This document shows positions 18,479-28,450 of a DNA stretch of 64,000 bases, piece by piece. The translations under genes and the position numbers were made by a program. Each line of letters starts with the position of its first letter. The first letter of the stretch is position 1. This stretch comes from Escherichia phage vB_EcoM-CHD16UKE1, in the sequence record MZ234030.1; one strand, given 5' to 3'. A model generated the notes under the pieces. That model saw only the letters and a list, made by a program, of their open reading frames with translations, made no database searches and was not told where the DNA came from.

Positions 18479-20157
18479 AGAATTTTAAACTAAACCGAGT
18501 TAGGTATCAAAATATAATGTCAGTAGGTGGAAATCCTATTGACATTCAATTAGATAAGGTTCAAAAAACTCTTATTACTGGACGAAATGGCGGTGGTAAG
18601 TCTACTATGTTAGAAGCCATCACATTTGGGCTTTTTGGCAAGCCATTTCGTGATGTAAAGAAAGGTCAATTAATAAACAGCACAAATAAGAAAGAACTTT
18701 TAGTTGAACTGTGGATGGAATATGATGAGAAAAAGTACTATATCAAAAGAGGACAAAAACCGAACGTTTTTGAAATCACCGTTAACGGTACACGTCTTAA
18801 TGAATCTGCCAGCAGTAAAGATTTCCAAGCAGAATTTGAACAGCTTATCGGAATGTCATATGCCAGTTTCAAGCAGATTGTTGTCCTTGGTACAGCAGGG
18901 TATACCCCTTTCATGGGTTTGTCGACCCCTGCGCGAAGAAAGCTTGTGGAAGACCTGCTTGAGGTAGGAACATTAGCTGAAATGGATAAGCTTAATAAAG
19001 CACTAATACGTGAATTAAATTCACAAAACCAAGTGCTTGACGTTAAAAAAGATAGTATTATCCAACAAATTAAAATATATAATGATAACGTTGAACGCCA
19101 GAAAAAATTAACGGGTGACAATCTTACTCGTCTGCAAAATATGTATGATGATTTGGCAAAAGAAGCTAGAACGCTAAAATCGGAAATAGAAGAAGCTAAT
19201 GAAAGATTAGTTAATATTGTTTTAGATGAAGACCCGACTGATGCATTTAATAAAATCGGTCAAGAAGCAGTTTTAATTAAATCAAAAATTGACTCGTATA
19301 ATAAAGTCATTAATATGTATCACGAAGGTGGATTATGTCCAACCTGTTTGTCACAATTGAGTTCCGGTGATAAAGTTGTTTCTAAAATTAAAGATAAAGT
19401 TTCTGAATGTACGCATTCGTTTGAACAGCTTTCAACACATCGTGATAATTTAAAAGTTCTTGTTGATGAATACCGAGATAATATTAAAACCCAACAGTCG
19501 TTAGCAAATGATATTCGCAATAAAAAGCAATCTCTGATCGCAGCAGTAGATAAAGCTAAAAAGGTTAAAGCGGCTATAGAAAAAGCATCTTCTGAGTTTA
19601 TTGACCATGCTGATGAAATAGCACTGCTTCAAGAAGAACTTGATAAAATTGTTAAGACAAAAACTAATTTAGTAATGGAAAAATACCACCGAGGAATTTT
19701 GACTGATATGCTCAAAGATTCTGGTATTAAAGGTGCTATTATTAAAAAGTACATTCCATTATTTAATAAGCAGATTAACCATTATCTTAAAATAATGGAA
19801 GCGGATTATGTGTTTACATTAGATGAAGAATTTAATGAGACAATTAAATCCCGTGGTCGCGAAGATTTTAGTTATGCTTCATTCAGTCAAGGTGAAAAAG
19901 CACGAATTGATATTGCTCTTTTATTTACTTGGCGTGATATTGCTGAAAAAGTTTCAGGTGTTAAAATAAACACGTTAATTCTTGACGAAGTTTTTGATTC
20001 AGCGACCGACGTTGAAGGTGTAAAAGCTATTTCAACTATTTTAGATAGTTTAAAAAATACTAACGTTTTTGTTATTTCACATAGAGACCATGACCCGCAA
20101 GCATACGGTCAGCATCTTCAAATGAAGAAAGTTGGTCGATTTACTGTAATGGTTTAA
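18475..20157 (+). CDS. 46: recombination ATPase gp46 (Rad50/SbcC-like), 560 aa, predicted GTG start
   Basis: ORF track; Walker A GRNGGGKST, coiled coil, CPTC zinc hook, Walker B LILDEV. Confidence 0.85.
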   Translation: MKNFKLNRVRYQNIMSVGGNPIDIQLDKVQKTLITGRNGGGKSTMLEAITFGLFGKPFRDVKKGQLINSTNKKELLVELWMEYDEKKYYIKRGQKPNVFEITVNGTRLNESASSKDFQAEFEQLIGMSYASFKQIVVLGTAGYTPFMGLSTPARRKLVEDLLEVGTLAEMDKLNKALIRELNSQNQVLDVKKDSIIQQIKIYNDNVERQKKLTGDNLTRLQNMYDDLAKEARTLKSEIEEANERLVNIVLDEDPTDAFNKIGQEAVLIKSKIDSYNKVINMYHEGGLCPTCLSQLSSGDKVVSKIKDKVSECTHSFEQLSTHRDNLKVLVDEYRDNIKTQQSLANDIRNKKQSLIAAVDKAKKVKAAIEKASSEFIDHADEIALLQEELDKIVKTKTNLVMEKYHRGILTDMLKDSGIKGAIIKKYIPLFNKQINHYLKIMEADYVFTLDEEFNETIKSRGREDFSYASFSQGEKARIDIALLFTWRDIAEKVSGVKINTLILDEVFDSATDVEGVKAISTILDSLKNTNVFVISHRDHDPQAYGQHLQMKKVGRFTVMV

Positions 20158-20168
20158 TTTATAAGAGA

Positions 20169-20195
20169 TTATGCTTTAATTTATTAGAGTATAAT
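20169..20195 (+). promoter_or_regulatory. candidate middle promoter (MotA box TGCTTTA, 11 nt, TATAAT)
   Basis: atgctttaatttattagagtataat. Confidence 0.4.
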
Positions 20196-20212
20196 CTCTA
20201 TGGAGGAAAAAC

Positions 20213-20401
20213 ATGGAATATTCAACCGGACAGCATCTATTAACTATTCCTGAAATAAAACGATATATTCTGAGAAATAATTTTTCTAATGAAGAGCATA
20301 TAGTTACTGAATCTATGCTTAGGAATGCATTTAAAGCAGAATATACAAAAATAATGTCCAATAGAAATGAAGCTTGGACTGTTACTGATTATTATGACTA
20401 A
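20213..20401 (+). CDS. hypothetical protein (62 aa)
   Basis: ORF track. Confidence 0.4.
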   Translation: MEYSTGQHLLTIPEIKRYILRNNFSNEEHIVTESMLRNAFKAEYTKIMSNRNEAWTVTDYYD

Positions 20402-20410
20402 AGGTGTATT

Positions 20411-20800
20411 ATGACTAAAATTACTGTGAATTATACTGTTGATGTAAAAGATATTCAGCCAAAACACGTGCGTTCTGAATCAAATCCACAAAACCAAAAT
20501 AAAATTCGTCGAGCATGGGTTTTGTCTCTTTCTGATAACGCAATGGAAGTTATTCAGAACAAAATTAAATCTGCACCTGCTCGTCATGCGTATTATGAAG
20601 CTATCGATCGTGAAGTAAGTAATAAATGGATTGAACTAATGCGCAAACATACTACAGAATCCCTAAACGCCGGTGCTAAATTTATTATGACTTCATGTGG
20701 TGAACGTCTTGAAGATGATTATTGCGGTAATGCAGATGAACGTCTAATTGTTGCTGCTCAAATTGTTGCGGAAACAATTGCGGCTGATTTTAATCGTTAA
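20411..20800 (+). CDS. rpbA: RNA polymerase binding protein RpbA-like (129 aa)
   Basis: ORF track; length and position between 46 and 45. Confidence 0.55.
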
Positions 20801-20826
20801 TTGCTTTATTAAATTAGTTATAAAAT
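20799..20826 (+). promoter_or_regulatory. candidate middle promoter for gene 45 (MotA box TGCTTTA, 12 nt, TAAAAT)
   Basis: ttgctttattaaattagttataaaat. Confidence 0.4.
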
Positions 20827-20855
20827 TAAATCTCATTTGAATTGAAGGAAATTAC

Positions 20856-21542
20856 ATGAAACTGTCTAAAGATACTACTGCTCTGCTTAAAAATTTCGCT
20901 ACTATTAACTCTGGCATTATGCTTAAATCCGGTCAATTTATTATGACTCGCGCAGTTAATGGTACAACTTACGCGGAAGCAAATATTTCTGACGTTATTG
21001 ATTTTGATGTAGCAATTTACGATTTGAACGGTTTTCTCGGTATTCTGTCGCTAGTTAATGATGATGCAGAAATTTCCCAGTCAGAAGATGGAAATATTAA
21101 AATTGCTGATGCCCGTTCAACAATTTTTTGGCCAGCAGCCGATCCGAGTACAGTAGTTGCTCCTAATAAACCAATTCCATTCCCGGTAGCATCTGTTGTT
21201 ACCGAAATTAAAGCTGAAGACCTTCAACAGTTGTTGCGTGTATCTCGCGGTCTGCAGATTGATACAATTGCTATCACAGTAAAAGAAGGTAAAATCGTAA
21301 TTAACGGTTTTAATAAAGTAGAAGATTCTGCTTTGACTCGTGTTAAATATTCTTTGACTCTTGGTGATTATGATGGTGAAAACACATTTAATTTCATTAT
21401 CAATATGGCAAATATGAAAATGCAACCAGGAAATTATAAACTTCTGCTTTGGGCAAAAGGTAAACAAGGCGCTGCTAAATTTGAAGGTGAACATGCGAAT
21501 TATGTAGTAGCTCTTGAAGCTGATTCTACCCATGATTTTTAA
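20856..21542 (+). CDS. 45: sliding clamp gp45 (228 aa)
   Basis: ORF track; length and position. Confidence 0.85.
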   Translation: MKLSKDTTALLKNFATINSGIMLKSGQFIMTRAVNGTTYAEANISDVIDFDVAIYDLNGFLGILSLVNDDAEISQSEDGNIKIADARSTIFWPAADPSTVVAPNKPIPFPVASVVTEIKAEDLQQLLRVSRGLQIDTIAITVKEGKIVINGFNKVEDSALTRVKYSLTLGDYDGENTFNFIINMANMKMQPGNYKLLLWAKGKQGAAKFEGEHANYVVALEADSTHDF

Positions 21543-21546
21543 TAGA

Positions 21547-21561
21547 GGGCTTCGGCCCTTT
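21547..21561 (+). terminator. GGGC-UUCG-GCCC hairpin with T-run
   Basis: gggcttcggcccttt after gene 45. Confidence 0.6.
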
Positions 21562-21593
21562 ATAATTTACACTAAAACTTGAATGAGGAAATT

Positions 21594-22553
21594 ATGATTA
21601 CCGTAAATGAAAAAGAACACATTCTTGAACAGAAATATCGTCCATCTACTATCGATGAATGTATTCTTCCCGCCTTTGATAAAGAAACCTTTAAATCTAT
21701 TACAAGTAAAGGTAAGATTCCACATATTATTCTTCATTCTCCTTCTCCAGGAACAGGTAAAACAACTGTAGCAAAAGCATTGTGTCATGATGTAAATGCT
21801 GATATGATGTTTGTGAATGGTTCAGATTGTAAAATTGATTTCGTTCGTGGTCCTTTGACTAATTTTGCCAGCGCCGCTTCATTTGATGGTCGTCAAAAAG
21901 TAATCGTTATTGATGAATTTGACCGTTCAGGTTTAGCAGAATCTCAGCGACATCTTCGTTCCTTTATGGAAGCTTATAGTTCAAACTGTAGTATTATTAT
22001 TACTGCTAACAATATTGATGGTATTATTAAACCACTTCAGTCACGCTGCCGAGTTATTACGTTCGGTCAACCGACCGATGAAGATAAAATTGAAATGATG
22101 AAGCAGATGATTCGTCGATTGACTGAAATCTGTAAGCATGAAGGAATTGCTATAGCTGATATGAAAGTTGTAGCAGCTTTGGTTAAAAAGAATTTTCCTG
22201 ATTTTCGTAAAACTATTGGCGAGCTCGATAGTTATTCATCTAAAGGTGTTTTGGATGCTGGTATTTTATCACTGGTTACTAACGATCGTGGTGCTATTGA
22301 TGATGTTCTTGAGTCTCTCAAAAATAAAGATGTTAAACAACTCAGAGCTTTAGCACCAAAATATGCAGCTGATTATTCGTGGTTCGTTGGTAAACTTGCC
22401 GAAGAAATCTATTCACGTGTAACTCCGCAGAGTATTATTCGTATGTACGAAATTGTAGGCGAAAATAATCAGTATCATGGTATTGCAGCTAATACTGAAT
22501 TGCATTTAGCTTATCTTTTCATTCAATTAGCATGCGAAATGCAGTGGAAGTGA
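21594..22553 (+). CDS. 44: clamp loader large subunit gp44 (319 aa from ATG 21594)
   Basis: ORF track 21579..22553; Walker [11 protein letters not shown]; DEFD Walker B. Confidence 0.85.
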
Positions 22554-22554
22554 T

Positions 22555-23118
22555 ATGAGCTTATTTGAAGATGATATTCAATTAAACGAGCATCAAGTTG
22601 CTTGGTATTCAAAAGATTGGACAGCTGTCCAATCCGCTGCTGATTCTTTTAAAGAAAAAGCTGAAAATGAATTTTTTGAAATAATTGGAGCTATTAATAA
22701 TAAAACTAAATGCTCTATTGCTCAAAAAGATTATTCAAAATTCATGGTTGAAAATGCATTATCACAATTTCCAGAGTGCATGCCAGCTGTATATGCTATG
22801 AATTTAATCGGTTCTGGATTAAGTGATGAAGCTCATTTTAATTATCTAATGGCTGCAGTTCCTCGTGGTAAAAGATATGGTAAATGGGCAAAACTGGTTG
22901 AAGATTCCACCGAAGTATTGATTATTAAGTTACTTGCTAAGCGGTATCAAGTTAATACAAATGATGCAATTAACTATAAATCAATTCTTACTAAAAATGG
23001 AAAACTTCCTTTAGTATTAAAAGAACTAAAAGGTTTAGTCACGGATGATTTTTTGAAAGAAGTGACTAAGAACGTAAAAGAACAGAAACAACTCAAAAAA
23101 CTAGCATTGGAATGGTAA
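22555..23118 (+). CDS. 62: clamp loader small subunit gp62 (187 aa)
   Basis: ORF track; length and position. Confidence 0.8.
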   Translation: MSLFEDDIQLNEHQVAWYSKDWTAVQSAADSFKEKAENEFFEIIGAINNKTKCSIAQKDYSKFMVENALSQFPECMPAVYAMNLIGSGLSDEAHFNYLMAAVPRGKRYGKWAKLVEDSTEVLIIKLLAKRYQVNTNDAINYKSILTKNGKLPLVLKELKGLVTDDFLKEVTKNVKEQKQLKKLALEW

Positions 23119-23119
23119 A

Positions 23120-23488
23120 ATGATTGAAATTACTCTTAAAAAACCTGAAGATTTTCTGAAAGTAAAAGAAACTTTGACTCGTATGGGAATTGCTAATAAT
23201 AAAGATAAAGTTCTGTATCAGTCCTGTCATATTCTTCAGAAAAAAGGACTATACTATATCGTTCATTTTAAAGAAATGCTTCGTATGGATGGTCGCCAGG
23301 TTGAAATGACAGAAGAAGATGAAGTTCGTCGTGATTCGATTGCATGGCTATTAGAAGATTGGGGACTGATTGAAATCGTTCCTGGTCAAAGAACTTTTAT
23401 GAAAGATTTAACTAATAACTTCCGAGTTATTTCTTTTAAACAAAAACATGAATGGAAACTCGTTCCTAAATATACGATTGGTAATTAA
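23120..23488 (+). CDS. regA: translational repressor RegA (122 aa)
   Basis: ORF track; length and position. Confidence 0.8.
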   Translation: MIEITLKKPEDFLKVKETLTRMGIANNKDKVLYQSCHILQKKGLYYIVHFKEMLRMDGRQVEMTEEDEVRRDSIAWLLEDWGLIEIVPGQRTFMKDLTNNFRVISFKQKHEWKLVPKYTIGN

Positions 23489-23489
23489 T

Positions 23490-23711
23490 ATGACTGCTAT
23501 AACTCCGCAAGAATACATGGCGTCTCTTAAAGAAAAATATAATCTTTCTGCAACAGAAACACTTTTCGATTTACCAGAAAACCTTCAACTAAAATTTCAG
23601 GTAGAATTTCAAAAATTAGTTCACCCAGAACAAAAACACTTTACTGCAGTCGTTAAGTCAATTAATGCAGATGGATTGACAATTTTCACCCGACAAATAG
23701 TACTAATTTAA
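23490..23711 (+). CDS. hypothetical protein (73 aa from ATG 23490)
   Basis: ORF track 23448..23711; ATG right after regA stop. Confidence 0.4.
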   Translation: MTAITPQEYMASLKEKYNLSATETLFDLPENLQLKFQVEFQKLVHPEQKHFTAVVKSINADGLTIFTRQIVLI

Positions 23712-23715
23712 GCAA

Positions 23716-23735
23716 GGGGCTTCGGCCCCTTATTT
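23716..23735 (+). terminator. GGGGC-UUCG-GCCCC hairpin with T-rich tail
   Basis: ggggcttcggccccttattt. Confidence 0.55.
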
Positions 23736-23789
23736 GGAGTATAATATATCAAGAGCCTAATAACTCGGGCTATAAACTAAGGAATATCT

Positions 23790-26486
23790 ATGAAAGAATT
23801 TTATATCTCTATCGAAACAGTCGGAAATAACATTGTTGAACGTTATATTGATGAAAATGGAAAGGAACGTACTCGCGAAGTAGAATATCTTCCAACTATG
23901 TTTAGACATTGTAAGGAAGAGTCAAAGTACAAAGACATCTATGGTAAAAATTGCGCTCCTCAAAAATTTCCATCAATGAAAGATGCTCGAGATTGGATGA
24001 AGCGAATGGAAGACATCGGTCTCGAAGCTCTTGGTATGAACGATTTTAAACTCGCTTATATCAGTGATACGTATGGTTCAGAAATTGTTTATGACCGAAA
24101 ATTTGTTCGTGTAGCTAACTGTGACATTGAGGTTACTGGTGATAAATTTCCTGATCCAATGAAAGCTGAATATGAAATTGATGCTATCACTCATTATGAT
24201 TCAATTGATGATCGTTTTTATGTTTTCGACCTTTTGAATTCAATGTACGGTTCAGTATCAAAATGGGATGCAAAGTTAGCTGCTAAGCTTGACTGTGAAG
24301 GTGGTGATGAAGTTCCTCAAGAAATTCTTGACCGAGTAATTTATATGCCATTCGATAATGAGCGTGATATGCTCATGGAATATATCAATCTCTGGGAACA
24401 GAAACGACCTGCTATTTTTACTGGTTGGAATATTGAGGGATTTGACGTTCCGTATATCATGAATCGTGTTAAAATGGTTCTCGGTGAACGTAGTATGAAA
24501 CGCTTCTCTCCAATCGGTCGAGTAAAATCTAAACTAATTCAAAATATGTACGGTAGCAAAGAAATTTATTCTATTGATGGCGTATCTATTCTTGATTATT
24601 TAGATTTGTACAAGAAATTCGCTTTTACTAATTTGCCGTCATTCTCTTTGGAATCAGTTGCTCAACATGAAACCAAAAAAGGTAAATTACCGTATGATGG
24701 TCCTATTAATAAACTTCGTGAGACTAATCATCAACGATACATTAGTTATAACATCATTGACGTAGAATCAGTTCAAGCAATTGATAAAATTCGCGGGTTT
24801 ATCGATCTAGTTTTAAGTATGTCTTATTATGCTAAAATGCCTTTTTCTGGTGTAATGAGTCCTATTAAAACTTGGGATGCTATTATTTTTAACTCATTGA
24901 AAGGTGAACATAAGGTTATTCCTCAACAGGGTTCGCACGTTAAACAGAGTTTTCCGGGTGCATTCGTATTTGAACCTAAACCAATTGCTCGTCGATATAT
25001 TATGAGTTTTGACTTGACGTCTCTGTATCCGAGCATTATTCGTCAGGTTAACATTAGTCCTGAGACTATTCGTGGTCAGTTTAAAGTTCATCCAATTCAT
25101 GAATATATTGCAGGAACAGCTCCTAAACCGAGTGATGAATATTCTTGTTCTCCGAATGGATGGATGTATGATAAGCATCAAGAAGGTATCATTCCAAAGG
25201 AAATCGCTAAAGTATTTTTCCAGCGTAAAGACTGGAAAAAGAAAATGTTCGCTGAAGAAATGAATGCCGAAGCTATTAAAAAGATTATTATGAAAGGCGC
25301 AGGGTCTTGTTCAACTAAACCAGAAGTTGAACGATATGTTAAGTTCAGTGATGATTTCTTAAATGAACTGTCGAATTATACTGAATCTGTTCTCAATAGT
25401 CTGATTGAGGAATGTGAAAAAGCTGCTACACTTGCTAATACAAATCAGCTGAACCGTAAAATTCTTATTAACAGTCTTTATGGTGCTCTTGGTAATATTC
25501 ATTTCCGTTACTATGATTTGCGAAATGCTACTGCTATCACAATTTTCGGCCAAGTTGGTATTCAGTGGATTGCTCGTAAAATTAATGAGTATCTGAATAA
25601 AGTATGTGGAACTAATGGCGAAGATTTCATCGCAGCAGGTGATACTGATTCGGTATATGTTTGTGTAGATAAAGTTATTGAAAAAGTTGGTCTTGACCGA
25701 TTCAAAGAGCAGAACGATTTGGTTGAATTTATGAATCAGTTCGGTAAGAAAAAGATGGAACCTATGATTGATGTTGCATATCGTGAGTTATGTGATTATA
25801 TGAATAACCGCGAGCATCTGATGCATATGGACCGTGAAGCTATTTCTTGCCCTCCACTTGGTTCAAAGGGTATTGGTGGATTTTGGAAAGCGAAAAAGCG
25901 TTATGCTCTGAACGTTTATGATATGGAAGATAAACGATTTGCTGAACCGCATCTAAAAATCATGGGTATGGAAACTCAGCAGAGTTCAACGCCTAAAGCG
26001 GTCCAAGAAGCTCTCGAAGAAAGTATTCGTCGTATTCTTCAAGAAGGTGAAGAGTCTGTCCAAGAATACTACAAGAACTTCGAGAAAGAATATCGTCAAC
26101 TTGACTATAAAGTTATTGCTGAAGTAAAAACTGCGAACGATATAGCGAAATATGATGATAAAGGTTGGCCAGGATTTAAATGCCCGTTCCATATTCGCGG
26201 TGTGCTAACTTATCGTCGAGCTGTTAGCGGTTTAGGTGTAGCTCCAATTTTGGATGGAAATAAAGTAATGGTTCTTCCATTGCGTGAAGGAAATCCATTT
26301 GGTGACAAATGCATTGCTTGGCCGTCGGGTACAGAACTTCCAAAAGAAATTCGTTCTGACGTACTGTCTTGGATTGACTACTCAACTTTGTTCCAAAAAT
26401 CGTTTGTTAAACCGCTTGCGGGCATGTGTGAATCGGCTGGTATGGACTATGAAGAAAAAGCTTCGTTAGACTTCCTGTTTGGCTGA
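23790..26486 (+). CDS. 43: DNA polymerase gp43 (898 aa)
   Basis: ORF track; exo motifs and polymerase motifs (DTDS); length matches T4 gp43. Confidence 0.9.
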   Translation: MKEFYISIETVGNNIVERYIDENGKERTREVEYLPTMFRHCKEESKYKDIYGKNCAPQKFPSMKDARDWMKRMEDIGLEALGMNDFKLAYISDTYGSEIVYDRKFVRVANCDIEVTGDKFPDPMKAEYEIDAITHYDSIDDRFYVFDLLNSMYGSVSKWDAKLAAKLDCEGGDEVPQEILDRVIYMPFDNERDMLMEYINLWEQKRPAIFTGWNIEGFDVPYIMNRVKMVLGERSMKRFSPIGRVKSKLIQNMYGSKEIYSIDGVSILDYLDLYKKFAFTNLPSFSLESVAQHETKKGKLPYDGPINKLRETNHQRYISYNIIDVESVQAIDKIRGFIDLVLSMSYYAKMPFSGVMSPIKTWDAIIFNSLKGEHKVIPQQGSHVKQSFPGAFVFEPKPIARRYIMSFDLTSLYPSIIRQVNISPETIRGQFKVHPIHEYIAGTAPKPSDEYSCSPNGWMYDKHQEGIIPKEIAKVFFQRKDWKKKMFAEEMNAEAIKKIIMKGAGSCSTKPEVERYVKFSDDFLNELSNYTESVLNSLIEECEKAATLANTNQLNRKILINSLYGALGNIHFRYYDLRNATAITIFGQVGIQWIARKINEYLNKVCGTNGEDFIAAGDTDSVYVCVDKVIEKVGLDRFKEQNDLVEFMNQFGKKKMEPMIDVAYRELCDYMNNREHLMHMDREAISCPPLGSKGIGGFWKAKKRYALNVYDMEDKRFAEPHLKIMGMETQQSSTPKAVQEALEESIRRILQEGEESVQEYYKNFEKEYRQLDYKVIAEVKTANDIAKYDDKGWPGFKCPFHIRGVLTYRRAVSGLGVAPILDGNKVMVLPLREGNPFGDKCIAWPSGTELPKEIRSDVLSWIDYSTLFQKSFVKPLAGMCESAGMDYEEKASLDFLFG

Positions 26487-26499
26487 TAGAATAAATCTA

Positions 26500-26520
26500 G
26501 GGACCTCCGGGTCCCTTTTT
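26500..26520 (+). terminator. intrinsic terminator (GGGACC-UCCG-GGUCCC + T5)
   Basis: gggacctccgggtcccttttt after gene 43. Confidence 0.65.
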
Positions 26521-26602
26521 CATACAAGTAATATAAATCTATACTTATGAAAAACAGATGATTCTGGACATTTAGAATTCCCTAAAAAATTTTCACAAAA
26601 CT

Positions 26603-26632
26603 GTTTACAAGACTGTTCTTCCATGGTACTAT
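26603..26632 (+). promoter_or_regulatory. T4-type early promoter with conserved leader (PeSL-like cassette)
   Basis: gtttacaagactgttcttccatggtactat + caactatcaactactga. Confidence 0.55.
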
Positions 26633-26669
26633 ACAACTATCAACTACTGATACGGATTTGGAGAATGAA

Positions 26670-26906
26670 ATGAAAATTGTTATGGGATGCTTAGCAGTTT
26701 GTTTAGTTGCATTAGCAGCAGTTCCATTTGTTAGTGTTGAAAATGATACTCAACCTGTGATTGAATCTAGCACCGTTATTCACACTAATGGTAAAATATC
26801 AGTTAAAATTGATGATAATCTTCATGTGAATACAAATGGATCTTTAGGTGTGCAAATGGGTAATACCTGCATAAGCACTACTGGAGTAATTACTACTTGC
26901 ATTTGA
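26670..26906 (+). CDS. small secreted protein with signal peptide (78 aa)
   Basis: ORF track 26658..26906; ATG 26670 with GGAG SD; hydrophobic N-terminus. Confidence 0.45.
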   Translation: MKIVMGCLAVCLVALAAVPFVSVENDTQPVIESSTVIHTNGKISVKIDDNLHVNTNGSLGVQMGNTCISTTGVITTCI

Positions 26907-26916
26907 GGAAATTATT

Positions 26917-27297
26917 ATGAAAATCGCTATTTTGGTTATTGCATTAGGTCTTACTGGTTGTGTAGCTCAAGGACCGGTAGTAAATCAGTCTGATGTAGGA
27001 AAAATTGTAAACTGTTCAAGCAAATTTTATAATCCTAATGTCAAGTGTTATAAAGAAGCTCCAAAGCAAACAGTCGAACAAATGCAGGCGAATTTTGACG
27101 AAGCTATTCGTCCAGATGAATCTGCTCAAGCATATCGTAATTCTGATGTAATTACACACGAAGAAAAAATTGAAAACTACTGCGCCGAAATTTGGGCTAA
27201 TTGGGCTAATAATTACCAATGGCGTACTGATAAAAATGCTCCGATGGAGTATGTAGTGAATTCTTATAATTCATGCGTAAAAAATTTGACTAAGTGA
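26917..27297 (+). CDS. lipoprotein (lipobox LTGC), 126 aa
   Basis: ORF track; MKIAILVIALGLTGC signal. Confidence 0.5.
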   Translation: MKIAILVIALGLTGCVAQGPVVNQSDVGKIVNCSSKFYNPNVKCYKEAPKQTVEQMQANFDEAIRPDESAQAYRNSDVITHEEKIENYCAEIWANWANNYQWRTDKNAPMEYVVNSYNSCVKNLTK

Positions 27298-27304
27298 GGA
27301 AAAC

Positions 27305-27556
27305 ATGGAAACTTTAGTAGCAGGTTCAATTTTTATGGTTTTAGTTTCAGGCGTGTTGGCTATTATTATATACATGCTTCCATGGTTTATTGCTTTGATG
27401 CGTGGGTCAAAATCGACAGTAGGAATCTTTTTCACATCTTTACTGTTTAACTGGTCAATTATTGGTTGGTTTATTACATTTATTTGGTCAATTGCGGGTG
27501 AAACTAAAAAGTCTGCACAACCAAATCAGGTAATTATCATCAGAGAGAAGGAATGA
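27305..27556 (+). CDS. imm: superinfection immunity protein Imm (83 aa)
   Basis: ORF track; membrane protein; length and position next to 42/43. Confidence 0.75.
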   Translation: METLVAGSIFMVLVSGVLAIIIYMLPWFIALMRGSKSTVGIFFTSLLFNWSIIGWFITFIWSIAGETKKSAQPNQVIIIREKE

Positions 27557-27702
27557 AAAGCAAAATTATAGCAGTGTTGCTTTTAATCTTGATGATTATA
27601 ATAAGTATATACTATAGTGTAACGGTTCCTCTTATGATTCCAACTATTATTTTAGGTTGGAGTTTATTACTGTTACAAGTTAAATATGAATGTATCAATT
27701 GA
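27553..27702 (+). CDS. small membrane protein (49 aa; imm.1-like position)
   Basis: ATG 27553 overlapping imm stop to TGA 27700-27702. Confidence 0.35.
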   Translation: MKSKIIAVLLLILMIIISIYYSVTVPLMIPTIILGWSLLLLQVKYECIN

Positions 27703-27709
27703 GGTTTAA

Positions 27710-28450
27710 ATGATTAGTGACTCTATGACAGTTGAAGAAATCCGTCTTCATTTGGGGCTTGCATTAAAAGAAAAAGATTTCGTAGTTGATAAAACTGGTG
27801 TTAAAACTATTGAAATTATTGGCGCATCATTTGTAGCAGATGAACCGTTTATTTTTGGCGCTCTTAATGATGAATACATTCAGCGTGAACTTGAATGGTA
27901 TAAATCTAAGAGTTTGTTTGTTAAAGATATTCCAGGTGAAACACCAAAGATTTGGCAGCAGGTAGCATCTTCTAAAGGCGAAATTAACTCGAATTATGGT
28001 TGGGCTATTTGGTCAGAAGATAACTATGCCCAGTATGATATGTGTTTAGCTGAACTTGGTCAAAATCCTGATTCTCGACGTGGTATCATGATTTATACTC
28101 GTCCATCTATGCAGTTTGACTACAATAAAGATGGTATGTCAGATTTCATGTGTACTAATACAGTACAGTACTTGATTCGTGATAAGAAAGTCAATGCGGT
28201 AGTAAGCATGCGCTCAAATGACGTGGTCTTCGGATTCCGTAATGATTATGCATGGCAAAAATACGTATTAGATAAATTAGTATCTGATTTGAATGCAGGC
28301 GATTCAACTCGTCAGTATAAAGCAGGTTCTATTATATGGAATGTTGGAAGTCTTCATGTATATTCTCGTCATTTTTATTTGGTTGATCATTGGTGGAATA
28401 CTGGCGAAACTCATATTGTGAAAAAAGACTATAAAGGTGAGTGGAAATGA
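27710..28450 (+). CDS. 42: dCMP hydroxymethylase gp42 (246 aa)
   Basis: ORF track; thymidylate-synthase-like fold motifs; length matches T4 gp42. Confidence 0.85.
   Translation: MISDSMTVEEIRLHLGLALKEKDFVVDKTGVKTIEIIGASFVADEPFIFGALNDEYIQRELEWYKSKSLFVKDIPGETPKIWQQVASSKGEINSNYGWAIWSEDNYAQYDMCLAELGQNPDSRRGIMIYTRPSMQFDYNKDGMSDFMCTNTVQYLIRDKKVNAVVSMRSNDVVFGFRNDYAWQKYVLDKLVSDLNAGDSTRQYKAGSIIWNVGSLHVYSRHFYLVDHWWNTGETHIVKKDYKGEWK

Noticed and set aside
18738-19121. Minus-strand ORFs from the six-frame track nested inside large + strand genes (for example 18738..19121, 21117..21533, 47071..47481, 54166..54528)
   Set aside because: Antisense to well-supported conserved genes, no SD or promoter, low-complexity translations; treated as chance ORFs of AT-rich DNA.
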